From an uncultured candidate division Zixibacteria bacterium (GTDB lineage Bacteria; Zixibacteria; MSB-5A5; GN15; FEB-12), in the NCBI GenBank assembly GCA_963664195.1, contig OY760907.1:736001-800000 (forward strand): DNA of 64,000 nucleotides, read 5' to 3'. This document shows, piece by piece, positions 9,773 to 19,443 of the stretch (position 1 is its first letter; the number at the start of each line of letters is the position of its first letter). A program made the translations under genes and the position numbers. The notes below the pieces were generated by a model. The model was given only the letters and a program-made list of their open reading frames with translations, did not search any database and was not told where the DNA came from.

Positions 9773-11047
9773 ATGAAACGCGCTATTCACTTGTTTCTAA
9801 TACTGGCCTTAGCGGCTATGACGGCATCGCCCGTACTGTGCAGTGAGACAATTAAGCTCGGACTGAATTACCCCAAGACGGGACCGTACATGGTTCAGGG
9901 ATTGGATCAATATCGCGCGGCCACAATGGCCGTGGAGGAAATCAATGCCGCCGGCGGCATTCTTGGCAAGCAGGTTGAACTGGTGTGGACGGACTCAAAG
10001 TCCAACGCCGATATCTCCACGGCAAACGCCCACAATCTGATAGACCAGCAAGACGTCAAGATGATCTTTGGCGGTTCCTCCAGCGGCGTGGCCTGTGCTG
10101 TCGGCGACGTTTGCCAGCAGAGTGGCATACCGTTCTTTGGAACGTTGACCTATTCCACCGCAACCACAGGCACGAAAGCACATCGCCACACATTCCGCGA
10201 ATGCTATGATGCCTGGATGGGCGCCAAAGCTCTGGCCGACTACCTCAAAGCGAATTTCCCGAATAAAAAGTATATGTATATCACGGCAGACTATACCTGG
10301 GGCTGGACAACGGAAGCCTCCGTCCGCAAGCTATCCGGAACCGAGGATGTCGAGGCACACAAGGGTATCCTCACTCCTCTCGGCACCAAAGACTTCAGCA
10401 AGCAGTTGGCCCTTGCCAACATGGTGAAGCCGGACGTGCTGGTTCTGGTTCTCTTTGGAAACGACATGGTCAATGCCGTCCGTCAGGCGACCACCATGGG
10501 TCTGAAAACAAGCACACAGATCGTGGTGCCGAACCTCACTCTCGGGATGGCCGAGGGTGGCGGCCCGAAAGTCATGGAAGGCGTCGTGGGGTCGCTGCCG
10601 TGGTGCTGGCAGGTACCGTACAAGTACAATTACACTCGCGGTCAGAAGTTCGTTGAAGACTATGCGGCCAAATACAACCGGTATCCGAGCACATCGGGGG
10701 CCTCTGCTTACACTATTGTGTACGAGTACAAGGACGCCGTCGAACGTGCCGGAAGTGTCGCGTCTGCTGACGTTATCAAGGCTCTGGAAGGCCACACGTA
10801 CACGCTTCTGAAGGATTCTCAGACCTGGCGGGAATGGGACCATCAGTCGGTACAGACTGTGTTTGCGGTCAAGTGCAAGCCGCAGGCTGAGGTGATGAAA
10901 GACAAGTACAAGTTGGACTTCTTTGAAATCATCAACAGTGTTACCGGTGATCAGGCCGCTGTCACGAAGGCCGAGTGGCAGGCCGTCAGAACGCAGGCCG
11001 GGTTGGCTGCGGAATTGGAGCCGCTGAAGGCAATGGCCAGCGAATAG
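9773..11047 (+). CDS. Periplasmic substrate-binding protein, LivJ/branched-chain-amino-acid-type fold
   Basis: Signal peptide; AVEEINAAGGILGK, FGGSSS and DYTWGW motifs; GGAGG RBS. Confidence 0.9.
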   Translation: MKRAIHLFLILALAAMTASPVLCSETIKLGLNYPKTGPYMVQGLDQYRAATMAVEEINAAGGILGKQVELVWTDSKSNADISTANAHNLIDQQDVKMIFGGSSSGVACAVGDVCQQSGIPFFGTLTYSTATTGTKAHRHTFRECYDAWMGAKALADYLKANFPNKKYMYITADYTWGWTTEASVRKLSGTEDVEAHKGILTPLGTKDFSKQLALANMVKPDVLVLVLFGNDMVNAVRQATTMGLKTSTQIVVPNLTLGMAEGGGPKVMEGVVGSLPWCWQVPYKYNYTRGQKFVEDYAAKYNRYPSTSGASAYTIVYEYKDAVERAGSVASADVIKALEGHTYTLLKDSQTWREWDHQSVQTVFAVKCKPQAEVMKDKYKLDFFEIINSVTGDQAAVTKAEWQAVRTQAGLAAELEPLKAMASE

Positions 11048-11152
11048 TTACTGTGTTGAGCGGATCGGTGCTACGTTGCCGGTCCGCTCAAGAGTATTCG
11101 ACTATTCGCGACAGAAGTCCGAAACAAATCGGGCTCAATCAAAGGGAAACAC

Positions 11153-13267
11153 ATGCTCAAGTGGAATATAAGGAATCAGATTCTGGCGGCGGGGGGCGTC
11201 AGTCTGCTAGTCATTGTGGGAGTCATTGCAAACTTCTACAACTTCTCCAAGAACGAATTCAGATCCAGCAGTCGGGAACTGATTCAGATGACTAGCGCAC
11301 AGTCCGCCAACGAAATTAACCGAAGCTTTGCCGCCATGTCCAGAGTCTTCGGTGAGTGGACAAAAGACGACGTCTTTGGTATGGCGATCGAGTTCAACAC
11401 GACTGAAGAACTTCGACAGCAGTTTGACCGATGGCTGGGAAGCTCAACGGGGTTCTCGCTGGTCGTGCTTGTCGATGAACGAGGCACCGTCCTGGAGGCA
11501 GCAGGGGCGGCACCGCTATCGGATGCTGTCACAAGCTTGCCCGGCCGGAGTCTGCCGGAAGTAAACTTTGTCACTGACAAAAACACGGCTCAGACGGTGT
11601 ATGCAAAGAGCAAAACGCTTACTGACCTTGGGCTGGACCAAAGCGATTGCTACCTGTTTTACTACCCGGCTCACAATCTGAGCGGTAAATCCAACGGCGG
11701 ATTGCTGGCGTTCTCTGACTGGTCCATCATCGACGCCCACACGCAGGAATGCATGAGTGCTCTGGCCGAACGGGGCTACGCGGAAGCAAGAGTGATGCTG
11801 GCCTACCCCAATGGCGTGACAGGCCCGGCCTCTTACGCGTCCAAAGCAGCCGGCAGTCTCAACCAATCTGACTATGACGTCGTGTCTGGTTGGATAAGCG
11901 CGGCAGTCGACAATACCGTCACTTCCAAGAACCTCGCCGACGAAACTGTATTGGTCGGTGTGAACAAGGTGGCATCACCGACATTGACAACTGACGAAAG
12001 GGGTGCCTCCTCAGGACCCGTCTTTCTGACGATCGTCCAGGAGAGCGAAGTCATGGCCAAGTTGAACGAGGCTTTGGTCGTGGTATTGCTGATCGGTGTG
12101 ATCGGCGTTCTTGTGGTTCTTGGAATCAATTACTTTATCGCCCGAAGAATCGCCAGCCGCATCACCCGTGGTGCAGCCGTGGCAAAGGGAATGGCCGCCG
12201 GTGATGCCGATCAGGAGATCGACATTCGCGGAAATGATGAACTCGGTGAACTTGGGGCCGCATTCAGGGATCTGGCGGTCTACTTCAAGGACATGTCGCA
12301 GGCCGCCGGACGAATAGCCGAGCGTGATCTGACGATAGTCGTTGAACCGAGGTCGGATCGCGACGTGCTTGGCATCGCTTTCAAAACCATGACCACTAAT
12401 CTCACCGGAATGGTACGCCAACTCACCGATAATGCGGGGCAATTAGTATCTGCTGCCGGCGAGATATCCTCCTCCTCGGACGAGATGTCACGGGGCGCAA
12501 ACGAGCAGACCCAGCAAATGTCCCAGATATCAGCCGCGATCGAAGAAATGGCGGCAACGATTGTCGAGTCATCGAGAAACGCGGGCGACGCAACCGATGC
12601 CTCCAACTCCGCGGCGGGCAACGCTGTCGAGGGAGGGAAGGTAGTCGCAGAAACAATTCAAGGGATGCAACGTATCTCGACGGTCGTACGCCGATCGGCT
12701 GATTCAATCAGCAAGCTGGCGACATCCGCTGACCAGATTGGAGAAATCGTCAGCGTCATCGACGACATCGCCGATCAGACCAACCTGCTGGCCCTCAACG
12801 CCGCGATCGAAGCTGCTCGGGCTGGAGAACAGGGGCGCGGTTTTGCTGTTGTTGCCGACGAAGTCCGCAAACTCGCCGAACGCACGGGAAGTGCAACTCG
12901 TGAGATAACGGAAATGATCAAAGGCATCCAGACAGAAACCCAAGAGGCTGTGGAGGCCATGGAAACGGGTACGTCTGAAGTTGACAACGGTCGTGAACTG
13001 GCGGACAAAGCCGGCATGAGCCTCAATGAGATTGTCCAGGTGTCCCAGCAGGTGATGGACATGATTCGGCAGATTGCCGTGGCCACGGACGAACAGTCGG
13101 CAGCAGCGGAACAGATTTCGAAAAACGTCGAACAGGTCTCAGCGATCACTCGTGAGACTGCCACCGGCGCCGAGCAATCTGCAAAAGCCGCCGAAGAGTT
13201 GAATCGACAGGCCGAAGACATGCAGGAAATGGTTCGGCAGTTTAAGGTCGAATATCAAAACCGATAA
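11153..13267 (+). CDS. Methyl-accepting chemotaxis protein (Cache-like periplasmic region, HAMP)
   Basis: Two TM helices, HAMP and the MCP signalling signature. Confidence 0.96.
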   Translation: MLKWNIRNQILAAGGVSLLVIVGVIANFYNFSKNEFRSSSRELIQMTSAQSANEINRSFAAMSRVFGEWTKDDVFGMAIEFNTTEELRQQFDRWLGSSTGFSLVVLVDERGTVLEAAGAAPLSDAVTSLPGRSLPEVNFVTDKNTAQTVYAKSKTLTDLGLDQSDCYLFYYPAHNLSGKSNGGLLAFSDWSIIDAHTQECMSALAERGYAEARVMLAYPNGVTGPASYASKAAGSLNQSDYDVVSGWISAAVDNTVTSKNLADETVLVGVNKVASPTLTTDERGASSGPVFLTIVQESEVMAKLNEALVVVLLIGVIGVLVVLGINYFIARRIASRITRGAAVAKGMAAGDADQEIDIRGNDELGELGAAFRDLAVYFKDMSQAAGRIAERDLTIVVEPRSDRDVLGIAFKTMTTNLTGMVRQLTDNAGQLVSAAGEISSSSDEMSRGANEQTQQMSQISAAIEEMAATIVESSRNAGDATDASNSAAGNAVEGGKVVAETIQGMQRISTVVRRSADSISKLATSADQIGEIVSVIDDIADQTNLLALNAAIEAARAGEQGRGFAVVADEVRKLAERTGSATREITEMIKGIQTETQEAVEAMETGTSEVDNGRELADKAGMSLNEIVQVSQQVMDMIRQIAVATDEQSAAAEQISKNVEQVSAITRETATGAEQSAKAAEELNRQAEDMQEMVRQFKVEYQNR

Positions 13268-13613
13268 CGGCCTCTGACAGAAACGCATTCGTGACCTCAG
13301 AGTAGGCGGGCGGCAATCGACAGGTTGACGCCCGCTCTCAACTCGTTACACAACATCCATTCATCTGATTGTCCTGACACACCACATCTTCCTTCCCATC
13401 GAAATATCGACGAATCCCGCAAAGATCGCCCGCATAATACATTACAGACATCCGGGAAAAACAGCACCAAAGGGTACACATAAACACGTTCGAGAGCCGA
13501 TCTGGGCGAGACTGCAAGTTGCAGTCCTGCGAGCGATTTGGGGTTGCCTAACAGACCGATCCGTCATATTTTCACTTGGGAAACAGTATTGCGATTGACA
13601 AACGGAGTCCTCT

Positions 13614-14804
13614 GTGGAAAACCTGATATACCTCGATAATGCCGCGACCTCCTGGCCCAAGCCGGATAAGGTCTATGATTTCATGGTGAAGTTCTACCGC
13701 GACTGTGGCGTCAACCCCGGACGGAGCGGATTCGATGCCGCTATCGAGGCTGGCAATATCCTTGAAGACCTTCGCCTCAAAATGACGCGGTTCTTCGGCG
13801 GCGACGAAGTTACACCGGAAAGACTATGTTTCGGCTATAACGCTACCGACGCTCTCAACCTGCTCCTCCAGGGGACGCTCGCTGAAGGCGATCATGTCGT
13901 AACCACCAATCTCGAACATAATTCGGTCATTCGACCGATCAATCATCTGGTCCGCGACGGTGGAGTCGAAGCTACGTTCCTCCCGTTCAACGACCAGGGT
14001 TTCATAGATCCGGATGATATTGCAAAGGCGATCAAAACCAACACCAAACTGGTGATCGTCAACCACGGTTCCAACGTACTGGGAACGGTCCAGCCTGTCC
14101 GAGAGATCGGTCGCCTCTGCAAAGAGAAAGATATTCTGTTCGCCATTGATGCCTCTCAGACAGGAGGCATGGTACCGATCAACATGACCGAGATGAATGT
14201 CGACATGCTGGCTTTCACTGGTCACAAGTCGCTCATGGGTTCAACCGGCATCGGCGGTATCTGCGTCCGCAAAGATGTCGTCCTGCGTCATACCCGCTCC
14301 GGCGGCACCGGCGTACGGTCGGCCTTCCCGTATCATCTGGACGAGTATCCGTACCGCATGGAATACGGCACACCTAATATGGTCGGCATCGCCTCGCTCT
14401 GGGCAGGCCAGGAGTGGATCAAAGAACAGGGTGGTGTCGAGGCTATCCACGCTCAAGAGATGAAACTGGCCAACAAACTGGTCGACGCGTTCAAACAAAC
14501 CGAGGGCGTCATCACCTATTGCTGCAACAGTATGAAAGATCATCTCTCTACTGTGACGATGAACATCGAAGGACTTGAGGCCGGCGATGTCGGTATCATG
14601 CTCGACGTGGATCACAATATCGCCACCCGTACCGGCCTGCATTGCGCCCCGCTGGTACACCAGCAGATCGGCACGATGAAGATTCACGGTGGTGTTCGAT
14701 TCGCGATCGGACCGTTCAACACGGAGGAACATGTCGACACAGCGATCAGCGCGGTAGCCGAAATCGCAGCCGACGCCAAGAAGCGGCAGACTGCCGCGCA
14801 TTAG
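13614..14804 (+). CDS. Class V PLP aminotransferase, cysteine desulfurase-like
   Basis: YLDNAATSWPKP, EHNSV, FTGHK and RTGLHCAP motifs. Confidence 0.9.
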   Translation: MENLIYLDNAATSWPKPDKVYDFMVKFYRDCGVNPGRSGFDAAIEAGNILEDLRLKMTRFFGGDEVTPERLCFGYNATDALNLLLQGTLAEGDHVVTTNLEHNSVIRPINHLVRDGGVEATFLPFNDQGFIDPDDIAKAIKTNTKLVIVNHGSNVLGTVQPVREIGRLCKEKDILFAIDASQTGGMVPINMTEMNVDMLAFTGHKSLMGSTGIGGICVRKDVVLRHTRSGGTGVRSAFPYHLDEYPYRMEYGTPNMVGIASLWAGQEWIKEQGGVEAIHAQEMKLANKLVDAFKQTEGVITYCCNSMKDHLSTVTMNIEGLEAGDVGIMLDVDHNIATRTGLHCAPLVHQQIGTMKIHGGVRFAIGPFNTEEHVDTAISAVAEIAADAKKRQTAAH

Positions 14805-14819
14805 TCTGCTCGACAGGAC

Positions 14820-14895
14820 GTAGGTCGAAACCAACGCAACCCCGTTGCCCTGCGGTTTCGACTCTGATGTCAAAACCACAGGGATTTTGACCTAC
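14820..14895. repeat. REP-like doublet, family A (GTAGGTCGAAAC...GTTTCGAC...GTCAAAA...TTTTGACCTAC)
   Basis: Related copies at 30819-30845, 47652-47678 and 55664-55725. Confidence 0.75.
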
Positions 14896-14918
14896 TATTG
14901 AATCAGCTCAAACACTGC

Positions 14919-14951
14919 AAACGGCGGGCACTTGCAAGTGCTCGCCGTTTT
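14919..14951. terminator. Bidirectional terminator between convergent genes
   Basis: AAACGGCGGGCACTTGCAAGTGCTCGCCGTTTT hairpin. Confidence 0.7.
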
Positions 14952-15010
14952 CATCTTGTGGGCGGCAGATGATAACCTGCCCCAACCTCACGAGTTAAGA
15001 ACGAACCCGG

Positions 15011-15220
15011 CTATTGCTGGCCGTTGGACAGCGAGACAAACGTCTGCTTCCCCTTGACTGCGTAGTCGATCTTGTTTTCGCGGGCCAGCCAACCCAATGC
15101 CTGGTAGACGATTACTTCCCGCTCCTTAAGCAGTTTCGGGAGTTTCGATACGCCGATCCGTTCCTCATGCTTCAGCGTGTCCCAGATTCTTCCGGCCGTA
15201 TCTCCGATATGCGTCTTCAT
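15011..15220 (-). CDS. Small winged-helix protein (DUF2582-like)
   Basis: IGDTAGRIW...ALGWLARENKI signature; GGAGAGG RBS. Confidence 0.85.
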   Translation of the reverse strand: MKTHIGDTAGRIWDTLKHEERIGVSKLPKLLKEREVIVYQALGWLARENKIDYAVKGKQTFVSLSNGQQ

Positions 15221-15477
15221 AGCCTCTCCCTCGTGTTTCAGACTGCATCTGTCAGCAGAATGTGTTTCGGTGCAAATAGGTTGTCAACTTAAACACGGAT
15301 ACAGGGTCAAAGGTTTTGCCAAAATTCTGCGCAGAAATGACTAAATCTGACCAGCCTCATTTTTTTCTAACTTGCGCGTATAACCGTGACGACACTATAT
15401 AGTGAGAAGTGGCAATACCGTTGCTCTCAGGTCATATCGGTTTTGATAAGATGACAATTTTTGCAGCCGGAGGTGTT

Positions 15478-16551
15478 ATGCCTGAACGAATTACGAGATA
15501 TCTATGTCTGGCTCTTGCGGTGCTGTTCATGGCCGGGAATGCTTCATCCGACAGCCTCGCTGCAGGAATCACGGCCGATCACTCGGTCATACAGAATTTT
15601 GACCAGATCCCGGATTCCACACTTCAGAAGATTGCCGACAATTTTAGATTCTACTACGGCCACACCTCCCACGGGTCACAGATCATGAGTGGTCTCGATA
15701 TAGTCGAGGCGGAAAACGCCCGCTACGTACAGCCGTATTTTCAGGAAGTATCCACAGACCTCGGGCACAACGGTGACACTGCCTGGGTACCGCTAACCCG
15801 TGCGTATCTGAATGCAAACCCGACCTGCAACTACGTCATGTGGTCCTGGTGCGCCGGTGTTTCGGACAACACTGAAGCCGGCATCAACATCTATCTCAAT
15901 GCCATGCACGGCCTCGAGATGGACTACCCGACCATCACCTTCATTTACATGACCGGTCATCTCGACGGCACCGGTCCGACGGGCAATCTCTACCAGCGTA
16001 ACAATCAGATTCGTACCTGGTGCGACGATAACAACAAGATACTGTTCGACTTCGCCGATATCGAAAGCTACGACCCTAACGGTGCCTACTACCCAAACGA
16101 GTCCGACGCCTGCGGCTGGTGCAGTGATTGGTGCACCGCACACTCCTGCGAGACCTGCGTCAGTTGTGCTCATTCACATTGTTTCAACTGCTATCAGAAG
16201 GCCAAAGCGTTCTGGTGGCTGCTGGCGACTGTCGATGGCTGGAGTATGCCGCTTGACGTTGATGACCCGACCGATCCGTCATTACCGCAGAGCTTCCGTC
16301 TCAAGCAGAACTACCCGAACCCGTTCAACCCGGTGACGAATATCCGGTTTGATCTGCCGAAAGCGAGTAGCGTGAAACTCGAAGTCTATGACCTGCTGGG
16401 TAGCAAAGTCGCGACTCTCGCCGACGAGTATCTGCGCGCCGGACTGCACTCTTTTTCCTGGGACGGCTCCGAGGCCGCCAGCGGAGTGTACCTGTATCGT
16501 CTCGAGACTGATTACGGCAGCGAAGCCAAGAAGATGCTGTTGTTGAAATGA
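15478..16551 (+). CDS. Secreted Cys/His-rich protein (possible hydrolase) with a T9SS-type-A/FlgD-like C-terminal sorting domain
   Basis: Signal peptide; HTSHGSQI, WSWC and LFDFADIESYDP motifs; C-terminal QNYPNPFNP...SGVYLYRL..KKMLLLK. Confidence 0.8.
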   Translation: MPERITRYLCLALAVLFMAGNASSDSLAAGITADHSVIQNFDQIPDSTLQKIADNFRFYYGHTSHGSQIMSGLDIVEAENARYVQPYFQEVSTDLGHNGDTAWVPLTRAYLNANPTCNYVMWSWCAGVSDNTEAGINIYLNAMHGLEMDYPTITFIYMTGHLDGTGPTGNLYQRNNQIRTWCDDNNKILFDFADIESYDPNGAYYPNESDACGWCSDWCTAHSCETCVSCAHSHCFNCYQKAKAFWWLLATVDGWSMPLDVDDPTDPSLPQSFRLKQNYPNPFNPVTNIRFDLPKASSVKLEVYDLLGSKVATLADEYLRAGLHSFSWDGSEAASGVYLYRLETDYGSEAKKMLLLK

Positions 16552-16590
16552 GGGAATAACCGTCGGGTTGTCTTCGGTACTCCGCCCAGA

Positions 16591-16670
16591 GTGAAGCCAT
16601 TAATGGCGGAGCCATTCATGGTGGAGTCATTCATGGCGGAGCCATTCATGGCGGAGCCACTTGTGGCGGA
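16591..16670. repeat. 15-bp tandem repeat (ATGGCGGAGCCATTC, about 5 degenerate units), each unit a mini-hairpin
   Basis: Read directly; lies between convergent genes. Confidence 0.85.
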
Positions 16671-16682
16671 ACGTCGGGTGGG

Positions 16683-17546
16683 TTACAACTCCCCGATCCT
16701 CTTCAACTTCTCCAAAAACTCATGCCGCTCGACCTTGGAGAGGCCGGCCTGTTTCATCGATTCGTCGTCGGGGGAGAAGCCGTCGAGAGCGGACTTCAAG
16801 ACACGGAGTTCGGCTTTCGAGAATCTCGCACCGCCCACGATGTAGTCATCGAACGCCTCCATCGTCATCGGACAGATCGCAGCGACAATCTCCGCCATCT
16901 TCTCGGCGTACAGACGAATCTCCATCTGGGCGTGTGAGTCCATGCGCAATCGAAGGAAATGCAGCAGATTGTGCAGGTCGATCTTCCAGTACCACTCGGT
17001 GTAGAGCGACAATGGCAGACTAATCCGTGACAACTCGCGAGCGAGACCGGTATCGATGAATTTCTTGTAGTTGGCAAAAACATCCTTCTGTGACGACGCC
17101 AGATATTCGAGGAATTCCTGCTGGAGGTCTTCCGGGACGTTTTCATCCGAACGCCCCTGCATGTTGACCTCGGATTGGAACCGAATATCCTCGGCACGGG
17201 GGACGTAGAACTCGTCTTTCATGACGGAGTAACGCCCGGAGTACTCGTTGACGTTGGCCGTGCGGTGCCTAATCCATTGGCGGGCAACGAATATGGGCAG
17301 CTTGACGTGGAACTTGAATTCGACCATCTCAAACGGGGAGGTGTGCGCATGCCCGAGCAGGTAGCGAATAAGCTCACGGTCGCGGGATTTCTTGGTGGTG
17401 CCGGCGCCGTAGGAGACGCGGGCAGCCTGGACTATAGCGGCGTCGGACCCCATAAAATCGACCAGTCTTACGAACCCATGGTCGAGAATCTGGAATTCTT
17501 TATTGAGGACAGCATCGATTTCGGGGGTTATTTCTTCACGCGCCAT
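16683..17546 (-). CDS. thyX: FAD-dependent thymidylate synthase
   Basis: AARVSY, HTSPFE and RQWIRHRTANVNEYSGRY (RHR-x7-S-x-R) motifs. Confidence 0.97.
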   Translation of the reverse strand: MAREEITPEIDAVLNKEFQILDHGFVRLVDFMGSDAAIVQAARVSYGAGTTKKSRDRELIRYLLGHAHTSPFEMVEFKFHVKLPIFVARQWIRHRTANVNEYSGRYSVMKDEFYVPRAEDIRFQSEVNMQGRSDENVPEDLQQEFLEYLASSQKDVFANYKKFIDTGLARELSRISLPLSLYTEWYWKIDLHNLLHFLRLRMDSHAQMEIRLYAEKMAEIVAAICPMTMEAFDDYIVGGARFSKAELRVLKSALDGFSPDDESMKQAGLSKVERHEFLEKLKRIGEL

Positions 17547-17646
17547 AGTTCTCAATCCTATAATGAGTCACACTTTGTGGGCGGCAGACGCCAGCGACAC
17601 CGTGTGTCCCGTCTGCCCCAGCCTCACCTATTACGCTCCAGCCTCT

Positions 17647-18076
17647 TGTCGAAGTGTGCACCGCCTACAAATGAGTCATGCTGAGCCTGTCGAAGTGTGC
17701 ACCGCCTACAAATAAGTCATGCTGAGCCTGTCGAAGTGTGCACCGCTACAAATAAGTCATGCTGAGCCTGTCGAAGTGTGCACCGCTACAAATAAGTCAT
17801 GCTGAGCCTGTCGAAGTGTGCACCGCTACAAATAAGTCATGCTGAGCCTGTCGAAGTGTGCACCGCTACAAATAAGTCATGCTGAGCCTGTCGAAGTGTG
17901 CACCGCTACAAATAAGTCATGCTGAGCCTGTCGAAGTGTGCACCGCTACAAATAAGTCATGCTGAGCCTGTCGAAGTGTGCACCGCTACAAATAAGTCAT
18001 GCTGAGCCTGTCGAAGTGTGCACCTTGTTCAAGAGCCAATCAAGCAACGCAGACTTCGACAGGCTCAGCCTGACTT
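17647..18076. repeat. 40-bp tandem array (AATAAGTCATGCTGAGCCTGTCGAAGTGTGCACCGCTACA): 9 cores plus 1 partial, closed by an inverted copy
   Basis: Cores at 17675, 17716, 17756, 17796, 17836, 17876, 17916, 17956 and 17996; the first two units are 41 bp. Inverted ACTTCGACAGGCTCAGCCTGACTT at 18053-18076. Confidence 0.95.
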
Positions 18077-18217
18077 GATTGGTTGAACCTTGCTTAACCT
18101 GAAATCGCGCTTGATTGACCGTGTGGCGAATATAGGGGTTGGGGATTATCGGGGCAAGGGGTTTGGGAGAATGTGACTTTCACAGAGCCGCTGTGTTCCA
18201 CACCTGCCGCGAGACAG

Positions 18218-19119
18218 TTAGTCCGCAAGCCTATTCATATCTACGTCATATCCGGCAGCCTTGAGTTCGTAGAAACAGCCCTCAAGGCAACCTTCCGCTC
18301 CCATGATCTGTTGCCATCCATTATGGTTACCCAAACTTGGCCCTGCAAGTCAGAGGGCAACTCAACATCTGGCTCGCGCAAGACACATGTCTTGTTGCGA
18401 CCGATCCGCCCGTAGAAAAAACCCAGCTCGAAAATGACATTCTGTCGCGCTCGGGACTCCAGCTTACTGTGCTCCGTCCCTTTTCTACCACCGACATCGT
18501 CGGCTGAGAGTATGACAATTGCGTAGCCGACAGCCGCCTCTTGCTCAAACTTCTCGATCAGCGTTCTCCCTTGGTTCTGTTGCTCGTGGAGTATCACAGG
18601 GCGTAGCCCAAGCCTCTCAAGGAATCTGGCGACTTCAGTCTTATGCAATTCGTTGGCACCATGAACGATGAACACTGCATTAGACCGGGCCGAATCCGAC
18701 TGCGGACCGGAATCATCGGTTGGCTGCGACGCAAACTCGTCCATGAGGCCGAGTCGCTGATGAATAGACTCCAACCGCCTCACATTCTCCCGAACTCGGT
18801 CCCTGCAGAATTCTACCGCGTCCAAAGGCTTTCTGGAAACCTCGGGGATTACGTTGATGTACTTGTTGTAATCATCGAAGTATTCGGAGCCCGTGAATAT
18901 CTTCCTCAGCAGCTCACCGTTGTACTCAGACCATGTTGCCGCATCTCGTTCCAATGCGTCCATTTGCTCCTTTGTATTGATCTCTCGACCAACTAGGGCT
19001 TGTCCTATACTAATCTGATTGATCAGCTTGGACTCCGCCTCTGGACGCGGGATGGTCAACGTTGAAGGTCGCGTCGAAGCCTTTGCATCCGAAGCTCCGG
19101 TGGCCTTTTTGGCGGACAT
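18218..19119 (-). CDS. TIR-like nucleotide-binding domain protein (CAP12/Pycsar-effector type), C-terminus frameshifted
   Basis: VFIVHG, ILHEQ.NQGRTLIEKFE, RARQNVIFELGFF and ELPSDL.G motifs. The ORF stops at 18241; the expected tail ELKAAGYDVDMNRLAD* is in another frame ending at 18218. Confidence 0.85.
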
Positions 19120-19443
19120 GCGTTTATCTCCTAAACAATTGTATAGAAATGGTTAAGCTCCGCTCATCCAATGATAACTCTTGAGGCGGCAGACATCAAT
19201 CTATAATCGTCCGGTCAGTCGATTCTTTCACCCCCTCCCCTCCCACTTGCCAACCGCCTCCCCACAACATATCTTGCAGGTTCTCTGGCACTCGGGACGA
19301 AACCCGAAGGCCAAACATCACGTACAAGCAAACTTGTACCGTCAAACTCGTAATTTCGGGCAATGGGGCGACGCAGCGGTTAAGACTGGGAAAGCCAGAG
19401 CCGCCAGATGCGACGCACTCCAGCCTTTGATAAAGGAGACTGT

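Noticed and set aside
17647..18024. CRISPR array
   Set aside because: The units are contiguous and essentially identical, with no unique spacers and no cas genes in the window.
19290..19312. Hammerhead ribozyme (GGACGAAAC)
   Set aside because: No CTGANGA core is present at the required position.
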